Of a stretch of DNA of 64,000 nt, positions 21,576 through 31,062 are shown in pieces. The notes under the pieces were generated by a model. It was not told the DNA's origin. It worked only from the letters and a program-made list of their open reading frames with translations, and made no database searches. The translations under genes and the position numbers were made by a program. The number at the start of each line of letters is the position of its first letter. Within the stretch, counting starts at the first letter, position 1. Origin of the DNA: a bacterium (GTDB taxonomy: Bacteria > UBA8248); the NCBI GenBank assembly GCA_965218885.1, contig OZ244713.1, forward strand, positions 3,030,625 through 3,094,624, written 5' to 3'.

Positions 21576-22346
21576 ATGATGATAGAGCAATTCAGGATGG
21601 ACCGCCGCGTCGCGCTCGTGACGGGCGGCACGTCGGGCATCGGCCTGGCGATAGCCAAGGCGCTCGCGGGGGCGGGCGCGCGCGTCGTGCTCTCGGGCCG
21701 TTCTGCCGAGCGCGGCGATGAGGCGCTGGAAGCCTTTCGGGCGGATGATCTGGATGCTGATTTCCTCTCCTGCGACGTGGCGGACGCCGGCTCGGTTTCC
21801 GCGATGGTGAGGGAGGTGGTCTCAGTCCACGGGGGGCTGCACGTTCTGGTGAACAGCGCCGCGATCAACATCGTGAAGCCCGCCCTCGACCACACGCCGG
21901 ACGACCTGGACGCGCTCCTGACCTCCAACGTGCGCGGGGCGTTTCTCTGCGCGCAAGCGGCCGCCAGGGCGATGGTCGCCCAAGGCGGCGGCGGAAAAAT
22001 CGTCTTCTTGACCTCCATGGTGGCCGAGCGCGCGGTGCCGAACCAGTCCGCCTACATCGCCACCAAGGGCGCGGTTGTTTCCTTGACGCGCGCGCTGGCG
22101 CTCGAGTGGGCGCCGCACGGGATTCAGGTGAACGCCCTGGGGCCGCAACTCACCAAAACACCGATGACGGGGGGCCTGTTCGCCAATCCCGATAAGATGG
22201 CGGAAGTTTTTGCGCGAACGCCTGCGGGACGCGCGGGCTTGCCGGAGGATTTGACGGGAGCCGCGCTGTTTTTATGCTCCAGTGCTTCCGATTACCTCAC
22301 CGGACAGCACATCATCGTGGACGGCGGCCGCGGCGCGGCAGGGTGA
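21576..22346 (+). CDS. SDR family oxidoreductase
   Basis: TGGTSGIG, YIATK, YLTGQHIIVDGG. Confidence 0.92.
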   Translation: MMIEQFRMDRRVALVTGGTSGIGLAIAKALAGAGARVVLSGRSAERGDEALEAFRADDLDADFLSCDVADAGSVSAMVREVVSVHGGLHVLVNSAAINIVKPALDHTPDDLDALLTSNVRGAFLCAQAAARAMVAQGGGGKIVFLTSMVAERAVPNQSAYIATKGAVVSLTRALALEWAPHGIQVNALGPQLTKTPMTGGLFANPDKMAEVFARTPAGRAGLPEDLTGAALFLCSSASDYLTGQHIIVDGGRGAAG

Positions 22347-22374
22347 TTTTATACGGCTCGGCTTTTGGAGACGA

Positions 22375-22404
22375 TTTCATTTCCTGGGCCGCCATTCGCG
22401 GGCG
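22375..22404. repeat. 30-bp perfect direct repeat of 22929-22958 (3' end and stop codon of the Sel1 gene)
   Basis: TTTCATTTCCTGGGCCGCCATTCGCGGGCG at both positions. Confidence 0.95.
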
Positions 22405-22469
22405 TGGCGTTCGGGGAGGACGGGCCCCATATCGGTTTTCGCCCTTCGCCGGGGAAGTCGGGCCTTGAC

Positions 22470-22826
22470 TTAAGGGAGCGGCGCCCGAGTGGATTTCTCC
22501 TCCTGCGGAAGGAGATTGAGGCGGCGCGCCGTGAGGCCCACCCATTTCTCCACTCTCCCCATGCGACCGTCGAGTCCCTTCATCTGAACTTCCATTCTCT
22601 CCAGTCGATTCTCGACTCCCGCCATGCGGCCCTCTAGGCCTTTCATGCGATCCCCCACTCCCTTGATGCGATCCTCGGCTTTCGATATGCGATCACCGAT
22701 TCCCACGAGTATCCCGTCGATTCTGCCGAGTTTCTCGCGGATACCGCCCATTTCGGCATGGGCGAATACGGAGGTCGCAAGAACCGTCAGCACGACACCC
22801 AGAAAGCCGATCCACGTGTCTTTCAT
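22470..22826 (-). CDS. Small membrane-anchored coiled-coil protein
   Basis: GGAGG RBS, N-terminal TM helix, heptad repeats (RMKGLEG/RMAGVEN/RLERMEV). Confidence 0.75.
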   Translation of the reverse strand: MKDTWIGFLGVVLTVLATSVFAHAEMGGIREKLGRIDGILVGIGDRISKAEDRIKGVGDRMKGLEGRMAGVENRLERMEVQMKGLDGRMGRVEKWVGLTARRLNLLPQEEKSTRAPLP

Positions 22827-22930
22827 CTGAATCCTCCCTGGGCCCTTGGGTTCGCTCATCCTCGTGCGAATCGAGAACAATATCGCAATTCGGGCGGCAG
22901 TGGTCAACAGGTCGTATTACGGGAGGGGTT

Positions 22931-23605
22931 TCATTTCCTGGGCCGCCATTCGCGGGCGCGCTTCTGGGCAATTGAAACCTCGTTCCAATCCATACCTTTT
23001 GTCATAAGGTCACGCATACACACAGCCTTGTCTCGTGTTTTCTTTAAGACCCCTGGGCGCGAGGCGGCCAGATTGAACCACTTATGGGCCTCGATGAGAT
23101 TTTCTTTGTTGCGGTTCTTCCTCAGATTCGAACGGAATTCATCCTTGGTGGAGAATACGAACATTAGCTCGCAAAGGCCAAAGGCTTTCTCGTCGATGCC
23201 GAGTATGTATCTGCCTAAGGCGAGTTGCGCTTCCGCGTGGCCCTGCTCGGCGGCGGCGCGATACCATTTCACTGCTTCGGCGAAATGCTGAGGGACGTTT
23301 TCGCCGCGATCGTATATAACGCCGAGCTTGAACTGCGCTTCAACATCGCCCGCCTCGGCGAGAGGTAAAAAGGTGTGCAGGGCCGCTTCATTGCCGCCGC
23401 GTTCAAGTGCTCGCTCAGCGCCCGCGAAACTCCCCGCTGGCGGCGGGATGTCTTTTTCGGTACCGCCGCTCGAGCCTCTCCTATCGATAGGGAATGACGC
23501 ATTTTGACCGGGGTAGTCTTTTTCTAATCTCGGATTCGCTCCCTCGCTAGGATACGATGCGAGGAGCACTGAGGCTACGAGCATCCTCAAGATGACTTTT
23601 CGCAT
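22931..23605 (-). CDS. Secreted Sel1-like repeat protein
   Basis: Signal peptide; AEAGDVEAQFKLG, EAVKWYRAAAEQGHAEAQ, AHKWFNLAAS. Confidence 0.88.
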   Translation of the reverse strand: MRKVILRMLVASVLLASYPSEGANPRLEKDYPGQNASFPIDRRGSSGGTEKDIPPPAGSFAGAERALERGGNEAALHTFLPLAEAGDVEAQFKLGVIYDRGENVPQHFAEAVKWYRAAAEQGHAEAQLALGRYILGIDEKAFGLCELMFVFSTKDEFRSNLRKNRNKENLIEAHKWFNLAASRPGVLKKTRDKAVCMRDLMTKGMDWNEVSIAQKRAREWRPRK

Positions 23606-23672
23606 TCTGGCGCTTCCTCCGCAAAGTAATGTTTCACTTTATACCCAATAGCAGATACCACTTCCGCCTCGC

Positions 23673-25442
23673 CTACTCCCCCTCTTTGGGCGGGATGATG
23701 GGCAGGAGCAGGTAGGGGTCGCGTCCGCCGCCGGCGTGCAAGGTCACCTTGTTGTCGAAAATCGCCGCCGGGCGGGCGTCCGGATCGTTGTGCGTCATGC
23801 CGCCCGTGCCTTTGGTGGAGTAGTGGAATTGCTTGCCGAACTCGCTGAGCTCGCCCGTGTATTCATAATCCTTCCCGCGCACGGTGAACGCCACCCGCCA
23901 GCCGGCGGGAACGACGATGCACGAGGTGACGATCTCCACGTCGCAGTCATAGACATCGCCGGGCGTGAGCATTTCCGCCTTATCGTGGGGATGGTAGGGG
24001 CGGTAGAAGCTGCTCTTCTCGGGATCGAGCGCGCGGTGCGAGACGCGCAGCCAGCCGTTCGCAATCGGCGTGTGCGGATCGGTGGAGCCCATGAAGGTGA
24101 GCTCCACCCCGTCCGGGTCGAACACGCGGACGATGATGAACAAATCGGCGTCTTCCGTCGATGAGGAGACGAAGAGTTTGGACGCCATGGGGCCCGTGAT
24201 TTCGGTCGCCTCCTCCATCGGGGGCATCCAGAACGTCACGCCCTCATCCATGCCGTCATACTCGAGGGTCGCTTCTCCCGCGACGGGTTCTCTCGTGAGC
24301 GCCTTGTTCTTCAGATCGAGATAGAACTTCGTCCACTGCGTGCGCGCCAGGGGCCATTCGTTCTCGTAGCGGTGGACGAACTTAGGGCCCGGGTGGCGGA
24401 CGTTGAGCGCCACGCGCGGGGTCTCCTCCCAGCCGTTGTCGATTCCTTTCAGGAAATAATCGAAAAAGCGTTTTTGAAGATCGAGGCCGTAGGCGCTCGA
24501 GAAGAGCGACCAGTGCGAATCCCCGTGGGTTTCCAGCCATTTCTGCTCGGAGGGCGTTTCGATGTAGCCGTTGAAATTCCCGCGCGGGTGGATGCCCTGG
24601 CCGCCCCAGTTGGCGCAGGTCAGAAGCGGCAGGGTGACTTTCGAGAGGTCGCCTGAGCGGTCCCGGTGCCACTGGTCGTCGAAGGGATGTTTTTTGAGCT
24701 CCTGAAAGGCGTTGATGCGGTTTTGCGCGAGTTGTTCTTCCGTGAGCGTGACGGGGCCTGCGGCGGATTCTCCCGTCACGGGGTGTTTTCGCGCGTTCTC
24801 GCCGCGTCCGTACTGGACGTTCATCACCTGAACCTTGGACCACTGCTCGGCGAACTGGCTTAAAATCCCCCCGTGGTAGCCAGAATCGCGATAATTGTCG
24901 TTTCCGCCCTCCCAGGGGATGATGGCGGTGAGGTGGGGGGGCTTTCGGCCCGCGATGCGCCACTGGTTGCGCGAGTAGTAGGAGATGCCCAGCATTCCCA
25001 CCTTGCCGTTGCTCCACTCCCGCCCGCCCGCCCATTCGATGCACTCGTAGAGGTCGTCTATTTCCCGAGGCGAGTTGGGCTGCATGAAGCCGGGCGACCA
25101 GCCCGCCCCGCGCGAATCCACGCGAACGCAGACGTAGCCGTGCGGAATCCAGCACTCGGGGTCCGTCACCTCCCAGTTCTGGTATTTGTTGGTGGACATC
25201 TCGAGAATTTCGGGATAATCCACCACCATCTTGTTCCACTGGTGGTGATAGCCCTCCTGGTAGGCCACCCCCTTGGCGTAGATGCCGTACGTCAGGATGA
25301 CGGGGTATTTCCCCTCTTGGGTGGGCCGGAAAACGTCGGCGCGAAGCACGAGGCCGTCGTCCATCTCGATGGGCTGGTGCCAGGTGATGCGCATTCCGTC
25401 GCGATCCTCGGTGCGTGCGTTTACTTGGGGGTCCTCACTCAT
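23673..25442 (-). CDS. CocE/NonD family hydrolase
   Basis: MDDGLVLRADVFRP, GISY nucleophile, GWLRVSHR. Confidence 0.92.
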   Translation of the reverse strand: MSEDPQVNARTEDRDGMRITWHQPIEMDDGLVLRADVFRPTQEGKYPVILTYGIYAKGVAYQEGYHHQWNKMVVDYPEILEMSTNKYQNWEVTDPECWIPHGYVCVRVDSRGAGWSPGFMQPNSPREIDDLYECIEWAGGREWSNGKVGMLGISYYSRNQWRIAGRKPPHLTAIIPWEGGNDNYRDSGYHGGILSQFAEQWSKVQVMNVQYGRGENARKHPVTGESAAGPVTLTEEQLAQNRINAFQELKKHPFDDQWHRDRSGDLSKVTLPLLTCANWGGQGIHPRGNFNGYIETPSEQKWLETHGDSHWSLFSSAYGLDLQKRFFDYFLKGIDNGWEETPRVALNVRHPGPKFVHRYENEWPLARTQWTKFYLDLKNKALTREPVAGEATLEYDGMDEGVTFWMPPMEEATEITGPMASKLFVSSSTEDADLFIIVRVFDPDGVELTFMGSTDPHTPIANGWLRVSHRALDPEKSSFYRPYHPHDKAEMLTPGDVYDCDVEIVTSCIVVPAGWRVAFTVRGKDYEYTGELSEFGKQFHYSTKGTGGMTHNDPDARPAAIFDNKVTLHAGGGRDPYLLLPIIPPKEGE

Positions 25443-25559
25443 GCGTGGTTCCTTTCATTAAGCGTTGATAACGAATTCTTATTTTTCCGTTTCTTCGGCG
25501 CCTGCGTTTGAAAATCATATACTACAATCGACGACTACTTATTTCTGCTTGGGTTTTTC

Positions 25560-25838
25560 TCACTCCCGCTTGAAGGGGCTGTTGAAAAAGCCCTGCAATG
25601 CCGGGATTGCCGTCATTCCGGCCTTGAGCCGGAATCCATTGGTTTCGCCTTTATCTTTTTCCTGACGACGTTCCTGCCGTTGGGAAAGCATGAAACCCCG
25701 CGTGCATCCAAACCCATTCGCAGTGGATTCCGGCTTTCGCCGGAATGACGAGCAAAAGCGAGTTCGGCACGCCTTCCCTGATCGGTCAGGTCAACCTCTC
25801 CTTATCGGGGCTTTTTCAACAGTCCCCTCAAGGAGTGA
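25560..25838. repeat. Nested repeat: family A termini > GGGGCTGTTGAAAAAG TIR element > inverted pair of CGTCATTCCGGC..GGAATCCA repeats
   Basis: TIRs at 25575-25593 and 25808-25826; inner repeats at 25611-25638 and 25724-25750. Confidence 0.85.
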
Positions 25839-25905
25839 TTCCATCATTCTCTTTCCGAGCCGGAGCTCGGGACCCACTGTCGAGTAATAGATAATTCCCC
25901 TGCGC

Positions 25906-26616
25906 TTACACGCTGATGGACTCGCCCGGATCGAGTACGGTTATTTCGGGCGAAAGTCCCCGCGCCGCGACCTCCTCGCTAAACTGCTCCGGCGTGCCCG
26001 TGAGCGGCGGGAAGGTCGAATGGTGGATGGGCACGACGCGGCCGGCGCCCAGAAGCTCGACGGCCAGGGCCGCCTCGCGCGGGTCCATCGTGAACCGGCT
26101 GCCGATGGGCAGGAGGCACAGATCGGGCGCGTACAGGTCGCCGATGATCTTCATGTCGCCGAAAACGGCGGTATCCCCCGCGTGGTAGACCCTCTTCCCG
26201 TCCTCGAAGGTCAAAATGAGGCCCGCAGGCTCTCCGGCGTAGACGCCCGGATCGTTGTAGCTCGAACTGTGCATCGCGTGGGTGAGCGTGACGCCGATGC
26301 CGCCGAAATCCACCGTGCCGCCCTTGCCCATCGCGCCGGCGTGTTCTTCCGCAAAACCCTCGTTCTGGGCGATCAGGTTCACCAGCTCATAGGGGCCCGC
26401 CACCGGGCATCCGCCCTGGCCGTAAACGTCCATGACGGCGGCGATGTGATCGAAATGGCCGTGGGTGAGGGCGATCAAGTCCGCCTTTTTGGGGCTTTGC
26501 TGATCCTCGGGGCAGCGCGGATTTCCATCGAGCCAGGGGTCGATGTAGAACGTCTGGCCACCGTCTGACTGCCCGATGAAAGTGGAATGTCCCAGATATG
26601 TGAGAGTTGCGCCCAT
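25906..26616 (-). CDS. Metal-dependent hydrolase (UPF0173-like MBL fold)
   Basis: YLGHS, THGHFDH, HAMHSS, HAGDT, PIHH. Confidence 0.9.
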   Translation of the reverse strand: MGATLTYLGHSTFIGQSDGGQTFYIDPWLDGNPRCPEDQQSPKKADLIALTHGHFDHIAAVMDVYGQGGCPVAGPYELVNLIAQNEGFAEEHAGAMGKGGTVDFGGIGVTLTHAMHSSSYNDPGVYAGEPAGLILTFEDGKRVYHAGDTAVFGDMKIIGDLYAPDLCLLPIGSRFTMDPREAALAVELLGAGRVVPIHHSTFPPLTGTPEQFSEEVAARGLSPEITVLDPGESISV

Positions 26617-26815
26617 GATAATCCTCCGTATCGGTTTTCGGGTTTCGGCATCGACCGCAAGCGGGCTTCTTTTGCGGCGTCGGTTTGTGTTCAAATGCTC
26701 AGAGAATCGAATGTTCGAATTCGGCGCATTATAGTCCCGAATATCTCTTGGTGAAAGAGTTTGCGGGGGTTTCGCGTCATTCCGGGTTTTCGGGCGCGCG
26801 TGAGGATGAAAAGCC

Positions 26816-27289
26816 GTGAAGACAAGGCCCATGAGAGTCGAAGACGTAGAGCAGGTGCACGCCATCGAGCAGCGCTCCTTTCCGCTTCCGTGGTCGCGGG
26901 AGAGTTTCGTGAGAGAGATTTGCGAGATCGATAATTCCCACCTCCTTGTCGTGACGGAGGATGGAGACCGCTCAGGCTCCCCCGAAGACTCAGGCGTCGG
27001 CGTGATGGGCTACGCCTGCTGGTGGGAGGTGGTGGACGAGTGCCACATCACGAATTTCGCGGTCGCGCCCGATTACAGGCGAAGGGGGGTGGCTGATTTC
27101 CTGCTCGAAAGAATTCTCGAAGACGCGAGGGCCAAGGGCCTCCTCCGCGCGACGCTCGAGGTGCGCCTGGGCAACGCCGCCGCCATCGCCTTGTATGAGA
27201 AATGGGGGTTCACGGCGGCGGCCATGCGTCCGCGCTATTATCCCGACAACAGGGAAGACGCCCTGGTGATGTGGAAAGAAAGAATTTGA
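26816..27289 (+). CDS. rimI: Ribosomal protein S18 alanine N-acetyltransferase
   Basis: SFPLPWS, HITNFAV, LEVR, RPRYY, EDALVM. Confidence 0.92.
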   Translation: MKTRPMRVEDVEQVHAIEQRSFPLPWSRESFVREICEIDNSHLLVVTEDGDRSGSPEDSGVGVMGYACWWEVVDECHITNFAVAPDYRRRGVADFLLERILEDARAKGLLRATLEVRLGNAAAIALYEKWGFTAAAMRPRYYPDNREDALVMWKERI

Positions 27290-27387
27290 AGCGGCGTCGA
27301 AATGACAAACACATTGAAATTTGTTATATTATGCGCGTTTCGCCCTGATTCCAGCCGGATTCCCGCCCCATAGAACGCAGGATTTTC

Positions 27388-28020
27388 ATGATTTCCTTCA
27401 CCATGCCCGATATCGCCATCGCCGTCTTCGTCGGAGCGTTCCTCATTCGCGGTTGCGTGCGCGGTTTTTTCCGCGAAGCATTCTCCGTGGTCGCGCTCGG
27501 AATCGCGGTTCTCCTCACCATGCAGTTCAGCGATCTCGCGCGCTCTTATGCTTCCTACTTCTTAAGTGAAAGTAATTGGCTCGATTCGCTCGTCAAGCCG
27601 CTGATCTTCTTCGGCTCATGGGTGCTCGCCGCCTGGTTCTTCCGCATCATGTTCGGCGTTTTGTCGATAGCCACGCCCGCATTGTTCTCGCGGCTCGGCG
27701 GCGGCCTCATCGGGTGCGCCAAGGGCGCCTTTTTCGTCGGCCTGGGGTTGACGGTTCTCGATGTCCATGCGCCCGGCTTTTCGCCCGGCAGCGGCGGCGG
27801 ACATACGCTCGCGCCCTACATGCGGGGGGTGAGCGCCTATATCGAAAAGCTCGAAATGGTGGATATAGAAAAAGGCCTGAACGCCGCCAAGGAAAAACTC
27901 GACGAGAAGTTCGACTCGGCCAGAGAAGGCGTCGGCGCCATGAAGGAAAAACTCGAGGGCGCAATGCCCGGCGCGAGTGAAGAGGGCGGCGAGGGCGAGG
28001 TAAGGGAGCTGAAGAGGTAG
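27388..28020 (+). CDS. cvpA: CvpA (colicin V production) family membrane protein
   Basis: RGFFREAFS and RLGGGLIGCAKG motifs. Confidence 0.82.
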   Translation: MISFTMPDIAIAVFVGAFLIRGCVRGFFREAFSVVALGIAVLLTMQFSDLARSYASYFLSESNWLDSLVKPLIFFGSWVLAAWFFRIMFGVLSIATPALFSRLGGGLIGCAKGAFFVGLGLTVLDVHAPGFSPGSGGGHTLAPYMRGVSAYIEKLEMVDIEKGLNAAKEKLDEKFDSAREGVGAMKEKLEGAMPGASEEGGEGEVRELKR

Positions 28021-28042
28021 GGGGGTATTTTTCGGGGCATTC

Positions 28043-28633
28043 ATGTCGGATCCGTTAGAAAAACTCGACATTGTGAATAAAGACGGCTCCGAACGCTTCC
28101 GTGCGGGTGGCTCTACCCTCGATCTCAGCCTGCTCGATTATTGGCGATGGTCGACCTCTGATTTGGTCGGTAACACCGCCCGAGGGGTTTTGGCGGAATA
28201 CATCGTGGCCCGCGCCCTTGGCGTGTCGACGGATGAAGAAGTTCGTGATGAGTGGGCGCCGTTCGACCTCGAAACGCCGGATAGGATAAAGATAGAGGTC
28301 AAATCCGCTGCGTATGTCCAGAGTTGGAAGCAGTCTCGCTTCTCGCGGGTCAGCTTTGGCACGCCCAAGACACGCGCATGGGACTCCGAAGGCGGCAACT
28401 TGCGTTCCGAACCCAGGCGTCAAGCCGACGTATACGTGTTCGCGCTCTTTGCGCAACGGGAAATGCCGATTGACCCGCTCGACCTCGATCAGTGGAAGTT
28501 CTACGCCCTCTCCACCCAAAAGCTCGATGATCGCAAGTCGCTCTCGCTGAGTGCTCTGGAAAAACTCGCTTCGCCCGTTCCCTATCACGAGCTCGCCGAT
28601 GCTGTAAAAGCCGCGAAAAAAGCTGATGGGTAA
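28043..28633 (+). CDS. Putative PD-(D/E)XK nuclease-like protein
   Basis: RGVLAEYIVA...FDL...IEVKS pattern. Confidence 0.65.
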   Translation: MSDPLEKLDIVNKDGSERFRAGGSTLDLSLLDYWRWSTSDLVGNTARGVLAEYIVARALGVSTDEEVRDEWAPFDLETPDRIKIEVKSAAYVQSWKQSRFSRVSFGTPKTRAWDSEGGNLRSEPRRQADVYVFALFAQREMPIDPLDLDQWKFYALSTQKLDDRKSLSLSALEKLASPVPYHELADAVKAAKKADG

Positions 28634-28890
28634 GCCTGACCTTCGCTTGGATATTCGCGCTTGCGGTAGTGGCTTCAGGTTTTGACGAGATGATCCCCAC
28701 CGATGCGTCCCGCAGTACCTCTCACCCTCTCTCCCGCACCATTATGCTTATTTGAACCATCTTATAAACACCATATGATTACTGAAATCAACATTCAGCA
28801 TCTTTTCATGTTGACGAAAAGAACGAAATTCGTATATCTTTATGATGGTTTGAATCAACATATAACCATTTTGTGATGGAAAAAAACGAC

Positions 28891-29232
28891 ATGCCAAACA
28901 AGAGCAGAATCACCCAAGCGCCGCCGGCCGCCGTCGAGGACGCCATCAGGCGTCTGGGCCGGGACATCCGCACGGCGCGCCTGCGCCGGAAGCTGCGCAT
29001 CGAGGACGTGGCGAATCGCATCGGCGCTTCGCGCTTCACGGTCGCGGACATCGAGAAGGGCAAGCCGGGCGCGTCGATGGCCGCCTACGCGGGCGCGCTG
29101 TGGGCGCTCGGCCTGCTGGAAGGGATGAACGAGGTGGCCGATCCCGACAGGGATGAGGAGGGTAAGACGCTCGAAAGCGCCAGAAGACCCACGCAGGCGC
29201 CGCGCCGCAGGAGACTAGACAATGACTTCTGA
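28891..29232 (+). CDS. XRE-family HTH protein (HipB-like antitoxin)
   Basis: IRTARLRRKL...IEKG HTH; stop overlaps a hipA-like start. Confidence 0.85.
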   Translation: MPNKSRITQAPPAAVEDAIRRLGRDIRTARLRRKLRIEDVANRIGASRFTVADIEKGKPGASMAAYAGALWALGLLEGMNEVADPDRDEEGKTLESARRPTQAPRRRRLDNDF

Positions 29233-29347
29233 GGGTGAGTGCTTCGTCTATATCGTCCTGCCCGGAGAGACGCAGTTCGTGACGGCGGGTGTCAGCGCCT
29301 TTCTTTATGACGGCCTGTTTTTCGAGACGAGGGTTGAGGACGTGTGA
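29222..29347 (+). pseudogene. hipA-like toxin remnant (41 codons)
   Basis: MTSEGECFVYIVLPGETQFVTAG resembles N-termini of HipA-family toxins; kinase body absent. Confidence 0.65.
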
Positions 29348-29395
29348 AAATGGAAAGGGCGATTCGGCTTCGGCGGCGCGATCTTCCCCTCTTCG
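29346..29395. repeat. 50-bp perfect direct repeat, copy 1
   Basis: GAAAATGGAAAGGGCGATTCGGCTTCGGCGGCGCGATCTTCCCCTCTTCG, identical at 32059-32108. Confidence 0.95.
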
Positions 29396-29447
29396 CTCGG
29401 CAATCCGCATTCGCTCCTTCCCCGGTCGCGACAAACGCTCGCTCCTC

Positions 29448-30090
29448 GGGGCTGTTGAAAAAGTCCTGGTTTCGTGATTCGGCGTATGGGGCCGACCGGG
29501 GAGGGAGGAGACTTCACTCCCCCCTTGAGGGGGAGTCGCAGAAGCCGAGCGTTTTTTGCGCGAAGGCTGATGCGGTGGGGGGCATGCTTCTAAAATATAA
29601 GCTCCCCCCACCGGCGCGACTTCGGACTTCGTCCTTGTCTTGCCGACGGACTTTCCCCTCGGAAAGCCCGACCCTCAAGGGGTTGTTGAAAAACCCCCTC
29701 CTCGCTCGGAATTGACCACCGCCGTCATTCCGGCGAAAGCCGGAATCCATTCCCAAGCGGAATGACAATACTCCGGCTTTTCATCTCCCCGTCATTGGCG
29801 GGAACCAATCAGAAAATAAAAAACAAAGGCAAAAAACATGGATTCCGGCTTGCGCCGGAATGACGAACAAAACCGCACCACCTCGTAGTAACAACCCCTC
29901 CTCGGGGTTGTCCCACTACCCCTCCTCGGGGCTGTCCCACAGGTCGCGACCTCGGACAGGCACGGGGGCCTGTCCGCTACGGACCCCCCCTTGCAGAACG
30001 CCAACCATACACTCCACCCTCCTCGATCGGCTACATACACCAAATCACGAATTCGGGACTTTTTCAACAGGCCCCTCAAGGGGGGAGTCA
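29448..30090. repeat. Composite nest of palindromic repeats / MITE-like elements
   Basis: About 58-bp imperfect IRs at 29448-29505 and 30017-30074; family A at 29514-29680; extra TIR at 29679; CGTCATTCCGG pair at 29723 and 29839; GTAG-type REP at 29954-29980. Confidence 0.85.
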
Positions 30091-30176
30091 TTTTATTAGC
30101 ATATGTCGATTGAGAAATTCATCCCCTGTTTTGGGGGGGACTTTTTCAACCCTCCCTCCTCGCTCGCGTTTGACCC

Positions 30177-30584
30177 TCAACACCCCATCACCCGCACATG
30201 CCCCTGCTCGCCGTATTCGAGCAGGCGGGCGTCGCGCGTCACCAGCGTGTAGCCGAACTCCCGCGCCGTGGCGAGAAGAATGCGGTCGGCCGGATCGGCG
30301 GGAGGCGCGCCGGGGAGATTGGCCGAGGCGATGAGCACCGAGGGCGGCATCCCGGCCGGCGCGACGCCAGGCAACGCGCAGAAGCGCTCGAACCAGACCT
30401 CGGTACTCATGGCGAGCGCGATTTTCCCCTTCGCCGCGAGGGTGGCGATTTCCCATGCGCTCATGGGGGAGACGATGAGCTCTCCATCACGCGCTTTGGG
30501 CAATTCGCTCGCGGCGGGCTCAAGCAGGCGCGCTCCTTCGGCAATCCAGATCACAGCGCAGGTATCGAGGAGAAAGGCAGGCAT
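30177..30584 (-). CDS. vapC: VapC/PIN domain toxin
   Basis: LLDTC, SAWEI, DPADRILLATA, LVTRD. Confidence 0.92.
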   Translation of the reverse strand: MPAFLLDTCAVIWIAEGARLLEPAASELPKARDGELIVSPMSAWEIATLAAKGKIALAMSTEVWFERFCALPGVAPAGMPPSVLIASANLPGAPPADPADRILLATAREFGYTLVTRDARLLEYGEQGHVRVMGC

Positions 30585-30590
30585 GGCGGG

Positions 30591-31010
30591 CTATCGCGCG
30601 GCGTCCCATTCCTCATCGGCGGGGGAAGTCAAGTCTGCGCCCGGCGCGATCGTCACCGTGCCCTTGAGCGCACCGAAAATAGTCGGGAAATAACCGGCAT
30701 CTGCTTCTTGAGAGGCGTCGGCCCCGTTTGGAGCTTCTCGCCCGTGGCCGGTCTTTGTCGATGATTTTCGGAATACCAGTTTGCGGCCCGCCATGTCCAC
30801 GTTCGCCGTCTTGTAGCCCGCGTCGAGCCAGGCGTGGGTGATGACGCTGTTCGTGGGGTTGTTCGACCACCACGCGCGATACTTGAAGGCCGAGGGCGGC
30901 AGCTTCACTCCCACGATGCGCTCGATTCCATCGAAAGTGACGGGGAGCGACGCTCGCCCGGATGCGCGGAGATGAGCCGTCAGAGGTTCGTATTTGGACA
31001 TTTCAGGCAT
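30591..31010 (-). CDS. Putative antitoxin: DUF7662-like domain with VapB-type C-terminal tail
   Basis: KYEPL...LPPSA..RAWWSN...AWLDAGY domain; tail FGALKGTVTI..DLTSP..EEW; immediately upstream of vapC. Confidence 0.65.
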   Translation of the reverse strand: MPEMSKYEPLTAHLRASGRASLPVTFDGIERIVGVKLPPSAFKYRAWWSNNPTNSVITHAWLDAGYKTANVDMAGRKLVFRKSSTKTGHGREAPNGADASQEADAGYFPTIFGALKGTVTIAPGADLTSPADEEWDAAR

Positions 31011-31023
31011 TCCAAATAGTTAG

Positions 31024-31062
31024 TGTTGATTTATATTTTAACAAATCAACATATATGTCAAA
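31024..31062 (-). promoter_or_regulatory. Promoter/operator of the antitoxin-vapC operon
   Basis: TTGACA and TAAAAT on the minus strand (15-bp spacer), overlapped by the inverted repeat TGTTGATTT/AAATCAACA. Confidence 0.5.

Noticed and set aside
29289-30099. Short ORFs within the repeat nest
   Set aside because: They are translations of palindromic repeats with no coding signal
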